Virus record (IMG/VR): IMGVR_UViG_3300030098_005334
Location: 1 to 62,765 of that record
Direction: 5' to 3' (one strand)
DNA length: 62,765 nt
Origin: a virus
Lineage: Duplodnaviria; Caudoviricetes
The notes under the pieces were generated by a model. That model worked only from the letters and a program-made list of their open reading frames with translations, was not told the DNA's origin and searched no databases. Shown here one piece after another: positions 1-9,163 of this stretch; within the stretch, counting starts at the first letter, position 1, and every line of letters starts with the position of its first letter. Made by a program: the position numbers and the translations under genes.

Positions 1-578
1 TTATGTTCCGCTTGGAAGACAAACATAAAGTTGAACGTGCCTGAAATGCCGAGAGGCATACCGTCACTGAATGATCCTTGTCCGAAAGGATAGACGAGGA
101 ATACAGCAAACGCGGCAGATACTGGTGCAGAGTAAGCAACACAGATCCAAGGGCGCATGCCTAATCTATAACTAAGTTCCCATTGGCGTCCCATGTAAGC
201 TGAGATACCGATAAGGAAGTGGAAGATAACAAGCTGATATGGTCCACCATTGTAGAGCCATTCGTCGATGGTTGCTGCTTCCCAGATTGGGTAGAAGTGG
301 AGTCCAATTGCGTTGGAGCTGGGAACAACGGCTCCTGAGATGATGTTGTTTCCATACATGAATGAACCAGCTACTGGCTCACGGATACCGTCGATATCAA
401 CGGGTGGAGCTGCAATAAATGCAACGATGAAACAAGTTGTAGCTGCAAGAAGGCAAGGGATCATTAAGATTCCGAACCAACCTACATAGATGCGATTGTT
501 GGTAGATGTTACCCACTCGCAAAACTCGTCCCAACCTTGCAAAGGACTGCGGCTCCTCACTAAAGATGAGGTAGTCAT
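1..578 (-). CDS. psbA: Photosystem II D1 protein, 5' part, truncated at window edge
   Basis: Manual translation from ATG at 578: [44 protein letters not shown]...[19 protein letters not shown], the canonical D1 sequence; absent from the ORF track because it has no stop in the window. Confidence 0.98.
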   Translation of the reverse strand, partial: MTTSSLVRSRSPLQGWDEFCEWVTSTNNRIYVGWFGILMIPCLLAATTCFIVAFIAAPPVDIDGIREPVAGSFMYGNNIISGAVVPSSNAIGLHFYPIWEAATIDEWLYNGGPYQLVIFHFLIGISAYMGRQWELSYRLGMRPWICVAYSAPVSAAFAVFLVYPFGQGSFSDGMPLGISGTFNFMFVFQAEH

Positions 579-599
579 TTAAAAAGTAAGAGTACGATG

Positions 600-650
600 A
601 ACTTGTATGATGAGAGACTTTACCCCATGGTCTCGGTTTGGGGGTATTTA
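600..650 (-). ncRNA. PhotoRC-II-like psbA leader RNA (pseudoknot)
   Basis: Directly upstream of psbA; interleaved pairings 614-618/630-634 (GAGAC/GTCTC) and 621-626/641-646 (TACCCC/GGGGTA); resembles the PhotoRC-II motif known upstream of cyanophage psbA. Confidence 0.7.
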
Positions 651-709
651 GCCAAACGGCTTAACATAAGTATACTTCGTTTTGATTTACACAAATATGT
701 AGATTTTTC

Positions 710-847
710 TTAAAATTTTTCAGGCTCAAAATATTTCATAACTTTTATATATTTTCTCTGATTTGGTTGAATAATTGAGATCAATTGTGCTTGATGTAGA
801 CGTTCCTTTTTCTTAATCTGTTGACGGATTTCATTCAATCTGTTCAT
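710..847 (-). CDS. Small basic protein, 45 aa (MNRLNEIRQQIKKKERLHQAQ...)
   Basis: Manual translation; ATGA overlap with the upstream YRG gene; N-terminus resembles segments of cyanophage DUF4278-type small proteins. Confidence 0.6.
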   Translation of the reverse strand: MNRLNEIRQQIKKKERLHQAQLISIIQPNQRKYIKVMKYFEPEKF

Positions 848-990
848 GATACTTCCTCCTTTTTTGGAATTTCGTAGTGATAGACAGCACCGCGATAAGT
901 ATGTGGAAGTCCCTGCACTCTTTTCAAAGTTTGTTTAGCAGAAGCTTCTCCTTTGTTGTATACGATGCCGCGATAAGTGAGTTGCTTCAT
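844..990 (-). CDS. DUF4278-like (YRG-repeat) small protein, 48 aa
   Basis: MKQLTYRGIVYNKGEASAKQTLKRVQGLPHTYRGAVYHYEIPKKEEVS with two TYRGxxY motifs; GAGG upstream of the ATG. Confidence 0.8.
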   Translation of the reverse strand: MKQLTYRGIVYNKGEASAKQTLKRVQGLPHTYRGAVYHYEIPKKEEVS

Positions 991-1029
991 AGTGATCCTC
1001 TGGGCTATTGATACTACTATACGATTTCA

Positions 1030-1058
1030 GTAACAATTTATACCGTTTACAGTGATAC
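1030..1058. promoter_or_regulatory. Tandem NtcA-like boxes between the divergent DUF4278 gene and Yfr2-like RNA
   Basis: GTA-acaattta-TAC at 1030-1043 (exact GTA-N8-TAC) and GTT-tacagtga-TAC at 1045-1058. Confidence 0.55.
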
Positions 1059-1085
1059 ACCCAACCTTAAGAAATTGTTAAGAAT

Positions 1086-1170
1086 TAAGGGGGAGTCCCA
1101 CCGCTGTCTCTCGGCAAGACTCTCGGTTGCTAGATGTACGAAACAGTAAAAAGTACATCCCCCTTAGGGC
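1086..1170 (+). ncRNA. Yfr2 / Cyano-1-like small RNA
   Basis: GGGGAG 5' end; stem GAGTC/GACTC (1093-1097/1118-1122); stem GATGTAC/GTACATC (1133-1139/1153-1159) with a GAAACAGTAAAAA loop resembling the Yfr2 GGAAACA loop. Confidence 0.55.
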
Positions 1171-1229
1171 GTGACACTGTTCTTCTACAGCCCAGCGTAT
1201 AATAATCAAAGTCTTCGTAAATTTCATTA

Positions 1230-1460
1230 GTGTCCACCAAGCCTCAAGCAAAACTAATAGGTAAGGTATCTACTGATTCGGGAGAGTTATCTGTCTTAGA
1301 TCCATCGCATTTGGAGGCTTCCCACACTGGTGATGTAAAATTACCTCAGTACGATTTGTTTACTTCTTTTGAAACTGAAGTAGGCGATGGTGAATTTGAA
1401 ATCTATGAACTCCGAGATAGAGCAGGCAAACTCAGAAGGATTGTCATCACAATCGACTAG
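1230..1460 (+). CDS. Hypothetical protein
   Basis: 76-aa ORF (GTG start) with TATAAT at about 1198-1203 upstream. Confidence 0.6.
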   Translation: MSTKPQAKLIGKVSTDSGELSVLDPSHLEASHTGDVKLPQYDLFTSFETEVGDGEFEIYELRDRAGKLRRIVITID

Positions 1461-1546
1461 AATTTTAGATCCAAGACCAGAGCCGAACAATTGGTTATCC
1501 GCAACTCTTTTAGATTTATTAGAAAGAAGTAAAGATGAACCTGACA

Positions 1547-2248
1547 CTATGGAAGCTTTGAAATGGGCAATACCACAGCTGTGTCACAGTATTGAGCCTG
1601 GTTATGTTGATCAAATTTTTGCTGATTGGATTGAACATTATGTTGAGCTTTTGGTGAATAATCAAAACAAAGTAAATAATTAGAACCCTGTGCAATTAGG
1701 AAAGGATCATCAGGAATCCTTTTAGTTACGTTGCAATATTTATAAATATCTTCATGAGGATATGGTGGTCGGTACCACATAATCTCGTTGTCTTTTTCAT
1801 TAACCATCCAATCAGAATATTGACGTTGCCATCTCAACAACGCTTTAAATTCTTTTTCTGGATTTAAGGATTGACATTTAATTACTAAAGCATCTCCAGG
1901 TTCCATGAACCATCTGAGTTTCATCATCTTTCTAAAAGCAATACTCAGAGGTTTTATTCCTGATCTACCTGTTAATCGGTTACGAATTTTCTCTGCTCTT
2001 TTGTTTTTCTTCTGTTTATACCAATCATTTAACTGTCGATTCGACTTGCCAATTGCAAAGCCTACATTCCAAAAATAAAAACCTGGTAAGTATTCTTCTT
2101 TCGGTTCCAAGAAAAATTTACATAACTGACCATTTACACAAAATGTACTGCTTGTAAACTTTCGGCGTACTCTTTTATACATCGTGGAAGAATTACTCCG
2201 TCTAATCCAAACTGATCCCGAGCTATGGGAAATAGTTGAACAACTCAA
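1547..2248 (-). CDS. Hypothetical phage protein (true start probably near 2182, MYKRV...)
   Basis: Long ORF; the annotated 5' end overlaps the divergent gene. Confidence 0.6.
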   Translation of the reverse strand: MSCSTISHSSGSVWIRRSNSSTMYKRVRRKFTSSTFCVNGQLCKFFLEPKEEYLPGFYFWNVGFAIGKSNRQLNDWYKQKKNKRAEKIRNRLTGRSGIKPLSIAFRKMMKLRWFMEPGDALVIKCQSLNPEKEFKALLRWQRQYSDWMVNEKDNEIMWYRPPYPHEDIYKYCNVTKRIPDDPFLIAQGSNYLLCFDYSPKAQHNVQSNQQKFDQHNQAQYCDTAVVLPISKLP

Positions 2249-2468
2249 AGGCCAAGATCAAGAGCCAGAGGATTTCTTTTTAAATGTAGCAGCAATGCTG
2301 GCTGTTGAATTTGAAGAACTACGTAGAACAGATCTCAATGACAAATTAGCTGCCCTCTTTGGTGGTCTTCCAGAACCTGCTTTTAAAATGGTTCCTCTAC
2401 TTGTTCATGTAGCATTAGATATTTTCTTGTTCAAATCTATTCCTAACAAAGATTCTATTCAAGATTAA
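2184..2468 (+). CDS. Hypothetical protein
   Basis: 94-aa acidic helical ORF, first gene of the polymerase operon. Confidence 0.65.
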   Translation: MEELLRLIQTDPELWEIVEQLKGQDQEPEDFFLNVAAMLAVEFEELRRTDLNDKLAALFGGLPEPAFKMVPLLVHVALDIFLFKSIPNKDSIQD

Positions 2469-2470
2469 AA

Positions 2471-2704
2471 ATGAAAGTAGGCTTCGTACTTTGTAATCTT
2501 GAGACTAATAAAGTCTTATGTATTAACAAAAGTGGAAATGGGATTGAACTCATTCCAATCAACACGACTGAACAATTAAACAAAGCCTTGTGCTTGAAGA
2601 ATTTAACCTCTTTAAAATCAATTCATGAACGTTTTAAGGAGAAGGGGTTGACAGAACCCTTAACCATAGAGAACATATCAAAGCTATACAAGCAGTGCGA
2701 ATGA
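2471..2704 (+). CDS. Hypothetical protein
   Basis: 77-aa ORF tightly packed between neighbours. Confidence 0.6.
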   Translation: MKVGFVLCNLETNKVLCINKSGNGIELIPINTTEQLNKALCLKNLTSLKSIHERFKEKGLTEPLTIENISKLYKQCE

Positions 2705-2707
2705 TCC

Positions 2708-4552
2708 ATGGAGAAACCTCTACAGCTTGTATTTGACCTTGAAACAGATGGTCTCCTCCACGAGTTGACCAAGATACATTCAATGGTTTTACGAGATGTT
2801 GAGACGGATGATGTTTGTAGTTGTGCTGAAGCAGACGGATATGAAGCCATAGAAAGTGGTTTATATATGTTGTCTCAAGCAGATTTAATAATTGGTCACA
2901 ACATAATTAACTTCGACATTCGAGCAATCAAAAAGATATATCCAAATTTTAAATTTAAAAAGACTTGTAAAGCATATGACACTCTTTTAGTAAGCAGAGT
3001 TTTATGGCCTGAACTAGAACCAGTTGATGAACAAAAATTTTCCTACATTCCAAAAAAATATAAAGGTAGGCATTCTTTAGGGGCTTGGGGTGAAAGATTA
3101 AATACTAAGAAAATTGATTTTGGTAAAGATAAAAAAGTTGAAGAGGTATGGGATGTATGGTCAGAAGAGATGCAAGTTTATTGTGAAAATGATGTATTAG
3201 TTTCACTAGAGCTTTACAAATATTTTCTTACGCAAGAAATTGATAAACGTTGCTTTGAACTTGAGCATAAATTTGCTTTGATAATGGCAAAGCAAGAAAG
3301 CTTTGGTTTTCCCTTCAATGAAAGATCAGCCTATGCTCTTATTAATAAGCTCAAAAATAGACGTGAACAGATTGATGAACAACTTCAAGAGATTTTTCCG
3401 GCGGTTACAGAAGAGAGGATCTCGGAGAAAACTGGCAAGAGGCTTAAGGATAAAGTTACCGTTTTCAACCCAGCCTCACGTAAACAAACTGCGGAGAGAC
3501 TTAAGGAGAAGTATCCGTCGATAAAATTTAGTTCAACAGAAAAAGGAAATGTAAAAGTTGATGATGATGTTTTAGATAAATTAGGTAAGAAATATCCTGA
3601 AGCTGCTCTTTTATCTGAATATCAATTACTTAATAAAAGACTAGGACAAATCTGTGATGGCAAAGAGGCTTGGATAAAACATAGTCAGAAATATAAAGAT
3701 GGGAGAATACATGGATCAATCATTACCAACGCCTGTGTGTCAGGCCGGTGCAGTCACCGAGGTCCCAACACCTCACAGATTCCAAGTGTAGGTCAGCCTT
3801 ATGGTTCAGAATGTCGTGCTCTTTTCTATGCTCCAAATGGATGGGTGTTGGTTGGTGCAGATGCAAGTGGACTAGAACTTAGGGCATTAGGTGCGTGGTT
3901 AGCCCACTTTGATGGTGGAGAGTATGCCAAGTTAGTCAGCACCCCAGGCTTTGATATTCATACACATAATGCAAAACTATTTGGTATCTACGATGGTCAA
4001 GGTGAGATAGCTAAAAAAACAAGAGATCTAAGCAAAAGATTAATTTATGCACTTTTATATGGAGCTGGACAAAAAAAGGTAGGTTCAGTAATGGATATCA
4101 AATTAAGTGAACAAGAACAAATTGAATTAGGTAAAAAAACTATTGATACTTTTTACAGAAATTTACCTGCTATTAAACAGCTAAAAGACAAAATTGATGA
4201 AAGAATAACGACAAGAGGTTACTTAACTGGCATAGACGGTAGACACTTACAAATCCGATCTAGACACTCTGCATTGAATCAATTATTACAATCCACTGGT
4301 GCTATCTCTGTAAAAAAAGCAACTTGTATTTTATACGATGATTTATATAAAGCTGGTCTTAGATGGGGCTGTCACTACGGTTTCGTGGCTCATGTTCATG
4401 ATGAGATACAAGCTTTAGTAAAACCTCAACACGTTTCTGTTTATAAAGATGCAGCAATAAAATGTTTTGAAAAGGCTGGTGAGTATTTTCACTTACGTTG
4501 TCCCCTGACAGGAGAAGCTAAAGAAGGAAAAAATTGGATGGAAACACATTAA
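2708..4552 (+). CDS. polA: Family A DNA polymerase, T7 gp5-like, with 3'-5' exonuclease
   Basis: Exo motifs FDLETDG, GHNIINFD and YCENDV; pol motif A GADASGLELR, motif B SKRLIYALLYGAG (Tyr at the 762-equivalent position), motif C HVHDEIQ. Confidence 0.96.
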   Translation: MEKPLQLVFDLETDGLLHELTKIHSMVLRDVETDDVCSCAEADGYEAIESGLYMLSQADLIIGHNIINFDIRAIKKIYPNFKFKKTCKAYDTLLVSRVLWPELEPVDEQKFSYIPKKYKGRHSLGAWGERLNTKKIDFGKDKKVEEVWDVWSEEMQVYCENDVLVSLELYKYFLTQEIDKRCFELEHKFALIMAKQESFGFPFNERSAYALINKLKNRREQIDEQLQEIFPAVTEERISEKTGKRLKDKVTVFNPASRKQTAERLKEKYPSIKFSSTEKGNVKVDDDVLDKLGKKYPEAALLSEYQLLNKRLGQICDGKEAWIKHSQKYKDGRIHGSIITNACVSGRCSHRGPNTSQIPSVGQPYGSECRALFYAPNGWVLVGADASGLELRALGAWLAHFDGGEYAKLVSTPGFDIHTHNAKLFGIYDGQGEIAKKTRDLSKRLIYALLYGAGQKKVGSVMDIKLSEQEQIELGKKTIDTFYRNLPAIKQLKDKIDERITTRGYLTGIDGRHLQIRSRHSALNQLLQSTGAISVKKATCILYDDLYKAGLRWGCHYGFVAHVHDEIQALVKPQHVSVYKDAAIKCFEKAGEYFHLRCPLTGEAKEGKNWMETH

Positions 4553-4596
4553 TTAACAAGTTATAATTGATAATTAAAATTAAAAAAATATAAAAG

Positions 4597-4824
4597 ATGG
4601 GCCTTTCTGAGGGTGAAATTCAAGATATGATTGATGAATCTATCCGTATAGCGATTGCAAGACACAATAGAAATGCAACATTAATCAGTATGGCATTAGG
4701 TTTTACTTTCATGGCTTTATTTGTAGATGGTCTCTTGAGAGTGTTAGGTGTCATACCACCTTTCATGGATATTGACATCAATGTTATTGATAAAATCGTA
4801 AGCCAAGTACAAGCAGAAATTTAA
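4597..4824 (+). CDS. Small membrane protein of a type common in cyanophages
   Basis: IARHNRNATLISM...LFVDGLLRVLGVIPP with a hydrophobic helix. Confidence 0.7.
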   Translation: MGLSEGEIQDMIDESIRIAIARHNRNATLISMALGFTFMALFVDGLLRVLGVIPPFMDIDINVIDKIVSQVQAEI

Positions 4825-4896
4825 TTATTAAAGAAGATATCTGATACTTGCCATTTTCAATGGACTGTCTACAGTAGCTTTGCTGCTGCTTGAAAC

Positions 4897-5064
4897 ATGA
4901 AAACAAAAACATTGATTGAGAATATGTCGAATGAAGAACTGATCAGTCTTCAAGAGGGTCACATAACTCTCATACAAAATTCACAAAAAAAGCTTGATCA
5001 AATTGCCAAAGTAATGGAAGCAAGATTAAAGCAACCAGAACTTCTTAAAACTTACGACTTTTAA
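4897..5064 (+). CDS. Small coiled-coil protein, 55 aa
   Basis: Manual translation MKTKTLIENMSNEELISLQEGH...; stop lies 2 nt before the SSB start. Confidence 0.55.
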   Translation: MKTKTLIENMSNEELISLQEGHITLIQNSQKKLDQIAKVMEARLKQPELLKTYDF

Positions 5065-5066
5065 AC

Positions 5067-5828
5067 ATGAATCTAATTACAGCAACAGCAATCTACGTGG
5101 GAGATACAGCCACTGAAAGTGGTACTCGCACCATGCAATTCCATATAAAAGGCACTGGCAATAAACCTGTAGACATTCCTGTAAATTTGGTACCCAGTTT
5201 CGCAGCGGGGGATACCTGTGTGCCAGGAGCTTTTGAAACTGGGAAAACCATACTAATAAATGGAAGGCTATATCCGCAAGAAAACGGGCCAATGTATGTG
5301 GTTCCAACACAACCTCTTCAAGCTGTACCAGCTAGTACAAAACTTAATCAAATATTAATTGCTGGTGGTTGTTGGCTTCCTAATGAGCAACGCAGAGAAG
5401 ATGCACTTAATTTCTTATTACTTGTAGGTACCGCTCCTCCACAAAAGGCTATCGGCCACACATGGCAAGATACTTTGGTCTTTCGCATGGAATCATGGAA
5501 AGATGATGCAGAACGTCTTAAGAAATTTCTATATAAAGGTAGACAATTATGTTTAGGTGGCTCACTTAGATTTGAAAACTGGACAGGTAAAGATGGTAAT
5601 CAACATGTGGGTTACAAAGTTCGTGTAAGATCTAATCAATATTCATTCTTTGGTAAAAATAAAAAAGTTGAGGGTGAGGCTAAATCACCTCCTATCTCTG
5701 ATTTCAAAGATAGAGAAGTATTTGAATCGCCTCATCAACAAGCTATAGCTAAACCGAAAACTAATGTTGTGGAATTTCCCACTACAGGAAAGGCTTCGGA
5801 AGAGCATGACGATGGCATTCCCTTCTAG
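5067..5828 (+). CDS. ssb: Single-stranded DNA-binding protein, probably tandem OB folds
   Basis: KFLYKGRQLCLGGSLRFENWTGKDG SSB signature; acidic C-terminal tail DDGIPF. Confidence 0.85.
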   Translation: MNLITATAIYVGDTATESGTRTMQFHIKGTGNKPVDIPVNLVPSFAAGDTCVPGAFETGKTILINGRLYPQENGPMYVVPTQPLQAVPASTKLNQILIAGGCWLPNEQRREDALNFLLLVGTAPPQKAIGHTWQDTLVFRMESWKDDAERLKKFLYKGRQLCLGGSLRFENWTGKDGNQHVGYKVRVRSNQYSFFGKNKKVEGEAKSPPISDFKDREVFESPHQQAIAKPKTNVVEFPTTGKASEEHDDGIPF

Positions 5829-5864
5829 CTATGGCCTTTAACTCTCTAAACTTCTAGACCTATT

Positions 5865-6782
5865 ATGTCTGTATTAGACCGCTTTAAGGATACAACTAAG
5901 TATCCTCGGCAAATGCGTGAGCTTGGTATGCTCATAGTCCTCAACAGGAGAAAAGATCCTGGCATCTTTCTAAAAGATACTGACGCAGATAGATGCGGTT
6001 GGTTCGGAAAAGTTAATCAATTCCCTGATGCTGAAGAAACAGAAGAGGAATTCGGTGACGACAAAATTGAATCTGGAATCTTATTCCGCACTCCACGTCT
6101 GGTAATAGTTCGTGGTGGATTCAAAAATGATCCTACCTTCGTAGAAAATAGTGCTGAGAAAGGTGCAATTGAAGGCTTATATGCCGACATGAATCATCTT
6201 TGGGACACATGGAAGGATAAAAATCCTGACAAGGCACCACCTTATCGTCGTAGACGTTTGGTTCTTTGCTATTTAGTTGATGCAAAAGGCACCCCTGTAC
6301 ACAAAAAACCTTTGATCCTCTCCATACATGGCGGAGCGTCAAGATATTTCTGTCAGAGATACGCCCAGTTCTTAGAACAACTTGAATCAGCGTACGCAAC
6401 TGCTACAAATGACAGAGCTGCACAAGGCTTTGGGGAAAAGATGTGTTCTTCCGTCATATGGACACCTACCTTTGGTAGTGAAAAATATGGTGATAAACGT
6501 AAATCTGATATCTGTGTTCCTGAATCATGGGATATTCCAGATGAGAAGAGCATTCTAAACTTCTGGCCTAAGAAAGAGGCTGACATCGATCATCTTGAAG
6601 ATACTTGGGAAAGCTGCCCTCCAGAGGTTTATGCTGCTAAGTACTTCAAACAGTTGGAAGCCGAAGTAGGCTACCACGCGATTAAGCCTGGAGTTGACAT
6701 CGCAAACTGTTCTCTACCCGCAGCAGATTCTACTGTTGGAGCAAGGGATGAGGATGGTGCTCTTGTTGGTGGGCTTACATAA
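5865..6782 (+). CDS. Hypothetical protein, possibly recombination or ssDNA annealing by context
   Basis: 305-aa ORF directly after ssb; no motif recognised. Confidence 0.55.
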   Translation: MSVLDRFKDTTKYPRQMRELGMLIVLNRRKDPGIFLKDTDADRCGWFGKVNQFPDAEETEEEFGDDKIESGILFRTPRLVIVRGGFKNDPTFVENSAEKGAIEGLYADMNHLWDTWKDKNPDKAPPYRRRRLVLCYLVDAKGTPVHKKPLILSIHGGASRYFCQRYAQFLEQLESAYATATNDRAAQGFGEKMCSSVIWTPTFGSEKYGDKRKSDICVPESWDIPDEKSILNFWPKKEADIDHLEDTWESCPPEVYAAKYFKQLEAEVGYHAIKPGVDIANCSLPAADSTVGARDEDGALVGGLT

Positions 6783-6802
6783 ACCCTGATCAAAACTGAT
6801 TA

Positions 6803-6931
6803 TTAAGCGGAGAGTTTGGCGTTTGCCTTCTCCGCTTTTTTTATGATCTTTTGAGCTTGCTCTCTGGTCGTACAGTTTTCTGCTTTGCTCACCAATCTCA
6901 TTAATTTTTTAAATTGCTTTGCTTTTCCCAA
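6803..6931 (-). CDS. Small basic protein, 42 aa (TTG start)
   Basis: Manual translation ...KAENCTTREQAQKIIKKAEKANAKLSA; abuts the stop of the 6932..7189 gene. Confidence 0.5.
   Translation of the reverse strand: MGKAKQFKKLMRLVSKAENCTTREQAQKIIKKAEKANAKLSA
6805..6843 (+). terminator. Intrinsic terminator after the ssb operon
   Basis: AAGCGGAGA...TCTCCGCTT stem followed by a T-run. Confidence 0.65.
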
Positions 6932-7189
6932 TTACCTACCTTTGTGATCAGTTGTAATAACGTTATCGCTTGACTCTTCAGACTTTGCTAAACGTTTGCA
7001 TAGACCTCTGATTATAGCTTGTCTCTGTAAGTTAATCATTAGAAGATTTATAGCCGCTATCTTCAATTGTTGTGGATCATTTATCGATTCAATCTCCCTA
7101 ACAATAGTTACCATTGTAAACTCATCTTCAATGGTAGGTTCTGTATCTTTGGGATCAAAGGCAATTTCTGTAATTTTAAAATTCTTCAT
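6932..7189 (-). CDS. Hypothetical protein
   Basis: 85-aa helical ORF. Confidence 0.6.
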   Translation of the reverse strand: MKNFKITEIAFDPKDTEPTIEDEFTMVTIVREIESINDPQQLKIAAINLLMINLQRQAIIRGLCKRLAKSEESSDNVITTDHKGR

Positions 7190-7278
7190 CTGTTACCCCA
7201 TACATTACTTAGTCTATAGCTTCTGATTGACACTACCCGTACTTTGTATAAAATCAAGCCATAATGTGAAAGGTATAA

Positions 7279-7881
7279 ATGCCAGATCCCGCTTCATATA
7301 TAGATTTATTAGAGCAAAGTCAACAATTAGAATATCTAATCAGTTCACCCCACGTGACAGAAGATGAAAAAGAAGAATTAGAAATGGCTTGGAAATTTAT
7401 TACTTCAAGATCAGAATCAAAATTTGATTGCATCATTGGAGTAATTAAGGAATGTGACAAATGTATAGAGCAAAATGCAAAAGAAATAAAAGAACTAAAA
7501 GAAAATCAAGAACATTGGGAAAGAAAGAGAACACGCATTATTAACATAATTAAGTTTGCCTTTCAAAGAAATTTAATAAGCTCTACCCCTACTGGAAATA
7601 AATATCAAGCAACCATTAAACCAGTGAAATCTAGACTCGTGGACAATTTTATGAAGTGGACAGAGATAGAAAAAACAAAATATGGTTTGAAAAAAGAAAC
7701 CACAATAAAACGTATGGCCGATGGCGATATAGTTTACTCCAATGAAGAGGTGATGCCTGATAAACAGCAGGTCAGAAAAACACTTGAAGACGTACCCAAG
7801 AACGCCCCTACAGATGCCAAATTAGTACGTAGAGTTTCTCTAGCCTATAGACTAAGAAAACGTCTTAAAAAGGGTATCTAG
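7279..7881 (+). CDS. Siphovirus Gp157-like coiled-coil protein
   Basis: KFDCIIGVIKE...IKELKE...ERKRTRI coiled-coil pattern within the recombination module. Confidence 0.6.
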   Translation: MPDPASYIDLLEQSQQLEYLISSPHVTEDEKEELEMAWKFITSRSESKFDCIIGVIKECDKCIEQNAKEIKELKENQEHWERKRTRIINIIKFAFQRNLISSTPTGNKYQATIKPVKSRLVDNFMKWTEIEKTKYGLKKETTIKRMADGDIVYSNEEVMPDKQQVRKTLEDVPKNAPTDAKLVRRVSLAYRLRKRLKKGI

Positions 7882-7911
7882 TAAAATCAAAAGGCTAATT
7901 GAGGAAGAAAA

Positions 7912-8058
7912 ATGCCTACATGTGCAGTGGCAGAGGTGCCTCGTGAGAAATGCCAATTATGCGGTGCTGTTTTTAGATCAGACGGAAGCTGCGAATGTAA
8001 AGTAGTTATGGATTTCGATGATACGGATATCTACAACATAAATCCATTTGATTTGTAA
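7912..8058 (+). CDS. Small Cys-rich protein, 48 aa
   Basis: Manual translation with CQLC...CEC; GAGG upstream. Confidence 0.45.
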   Translation: MPTCAVAEVPREKCQLCGAVFRSDGSCECKVVMDFDDTDIYNINPFDL

Positions 8059-8105
8059 TCCTCGGATTAGGGCAGATATTGTAGATACACTGTTGCAGTA
8101 AAAAG

Positions 8106-8345
8106 GTGAAGCAAACTAAGAAAATTCGACGTCGCTGGGAACCTTCAGAACCCTTGGAAGACATTGAATTTAACGGCTACACTATCAAATCTATTAAGCA
8201 TGGCAATACTGGTCATGTACTCTACCGCTTCCCAAGTAAGGCTCATAACTGGGAAAATTGTTGGACAATGGATTTAACTACTGCTAAAAGCAATATCAGT
8301 AAATACAAACTACAAGTGAAGTCCAAGGAAAAAAAGAACACTTAA
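8106..8345 (+). CDS. Hypothetical protein
   Basis: 79-aa ORF in operon. Confidence 0.6.
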   Translation: MKQTKKIRRRWEPSEPLEDIEFNGYTIKSIKHGNTGHVLYRFPSKAHNWENCWTMDLTTAKSNISKYKLQVKSKEKKNT

Positions 8346-8351
8346 AACTAC

Positions 8352-8603
8352 ATGGAAATAAAGATGACTAATCTCATGGATGATCTAGCGTATGACATCC
8401 ACAAACATCTCATGGACGTCTCCACAGATTTCAAAGGTCAGCACCTTGTAATGCTTCCAATTACTAAAGTTGTTGAAAAATTTAAAAGAAATCACAGGAC
8501 TATACAAAGACGCATAAGTGCTCTGAAAGATGAAGGGCTTATTTGTCCCATAATAAAAACAAACAGTTTTACTCTTTACCACATTAAAAATCTTGAGGAT
8601 TAA
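8352..8603 (+). CDS. Winged-HTH DNA-binding protein
   Basis: ITKVVEKFKRNHRTIQRRISALKDEGLI HTH pattern. Confidence 0.7.
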   Translation: MEIKMTNLMDDLAYDIHKHLMDVSTDFKGQHLVMLPITKVVEKFKRNHRTIQRRISALKDEGLICPIIKTNSFTLYHIKNLED

Positions 8604-8605
8604 TT

Positions 8606-8911
8606 ATGGCTGAATATGATCGTTCACAGGCCACACTAGAACATATTGATTTTTTGTTGTCCTCCTTTACGGATAACGGAAAATCTTTAAGGGGTTTTGA
8701 GGTAAACCCACAAGAACTATGTATAAGCATTCTTACAGCTGGGCTTTTGGCTAATTCAAAATTAGGTATTGATCCTGAAGATGCTATAAAATCTGCCTTT
8801 AATATTCATGCAAGAATACAAGCACATGTAGGACGGTACCAACAAATGCAATTCGCAGAGAAGATAGAGAATTGTTTCACAGAGAGACCTCCAGAGGTGG
8901 AGCACGATTAG
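8606..8911 (+). CDS. Hypothetical protein
   Basis: 101-aa ORF with GAGG upstream. Confidence 0.65.
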   Translation: MAEYDRSQATLEHIDFLLSSFTDNGKSLRGFEVNPQELCISILTAGLLANSKLGIDPEDAIKSAFNIHARIQAHVGRYQQMQFAEKIENCFTERPPEVEHD

Positions 8912-8936
8912 ATTATTTTGAAGCCGTATAAATTTA

Positions 8937-9119
8937 ATGAACAAAAAGCCTGAACTGATCCTTACAACTCCTAGTGGTGGCACTGTTCATACCTATCCAT
9001 TGTCCGGTGGTAAGACTACATTCGTTAGATATTTAAGTTGCTACGTAGGTAGTTGTGTATTTTGTAATGACATGGATGAGGCTAAAAAACATCTATCTGA
9101 AGTAGAGCCAAGTAATTAG
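8937..9119 (+). CDS. Hypothetical protein
   Basis: 60-aa ORF in operon. Confidence 0.55.
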   Translation: MNKKPELILTTPSGGTVHTYPLSGGKTTFVRYLSCYVGSCVFCNDMDEAKKHLSEVEPSN

Positions 9120-9163
9120 CAAGATTAAGTAAGGTTATTCTCCTATGAGCCGATTTCAAATTT

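Noticed and set aside
161-355. 64-aa ORF in the track
   Set aside because: Out-of-frame shadow inside psbA
1-578. Group I intron in psbA
   Set aside because: The reading frame is continuous over the visible part
991-1080. Glutamine (glnA / Downstream-peptide) riboswitch upstream of the DUF4278 gene
   Set aside because: The characteristic CGTT...GGAACG pairing is not present; the region looks like a promoter
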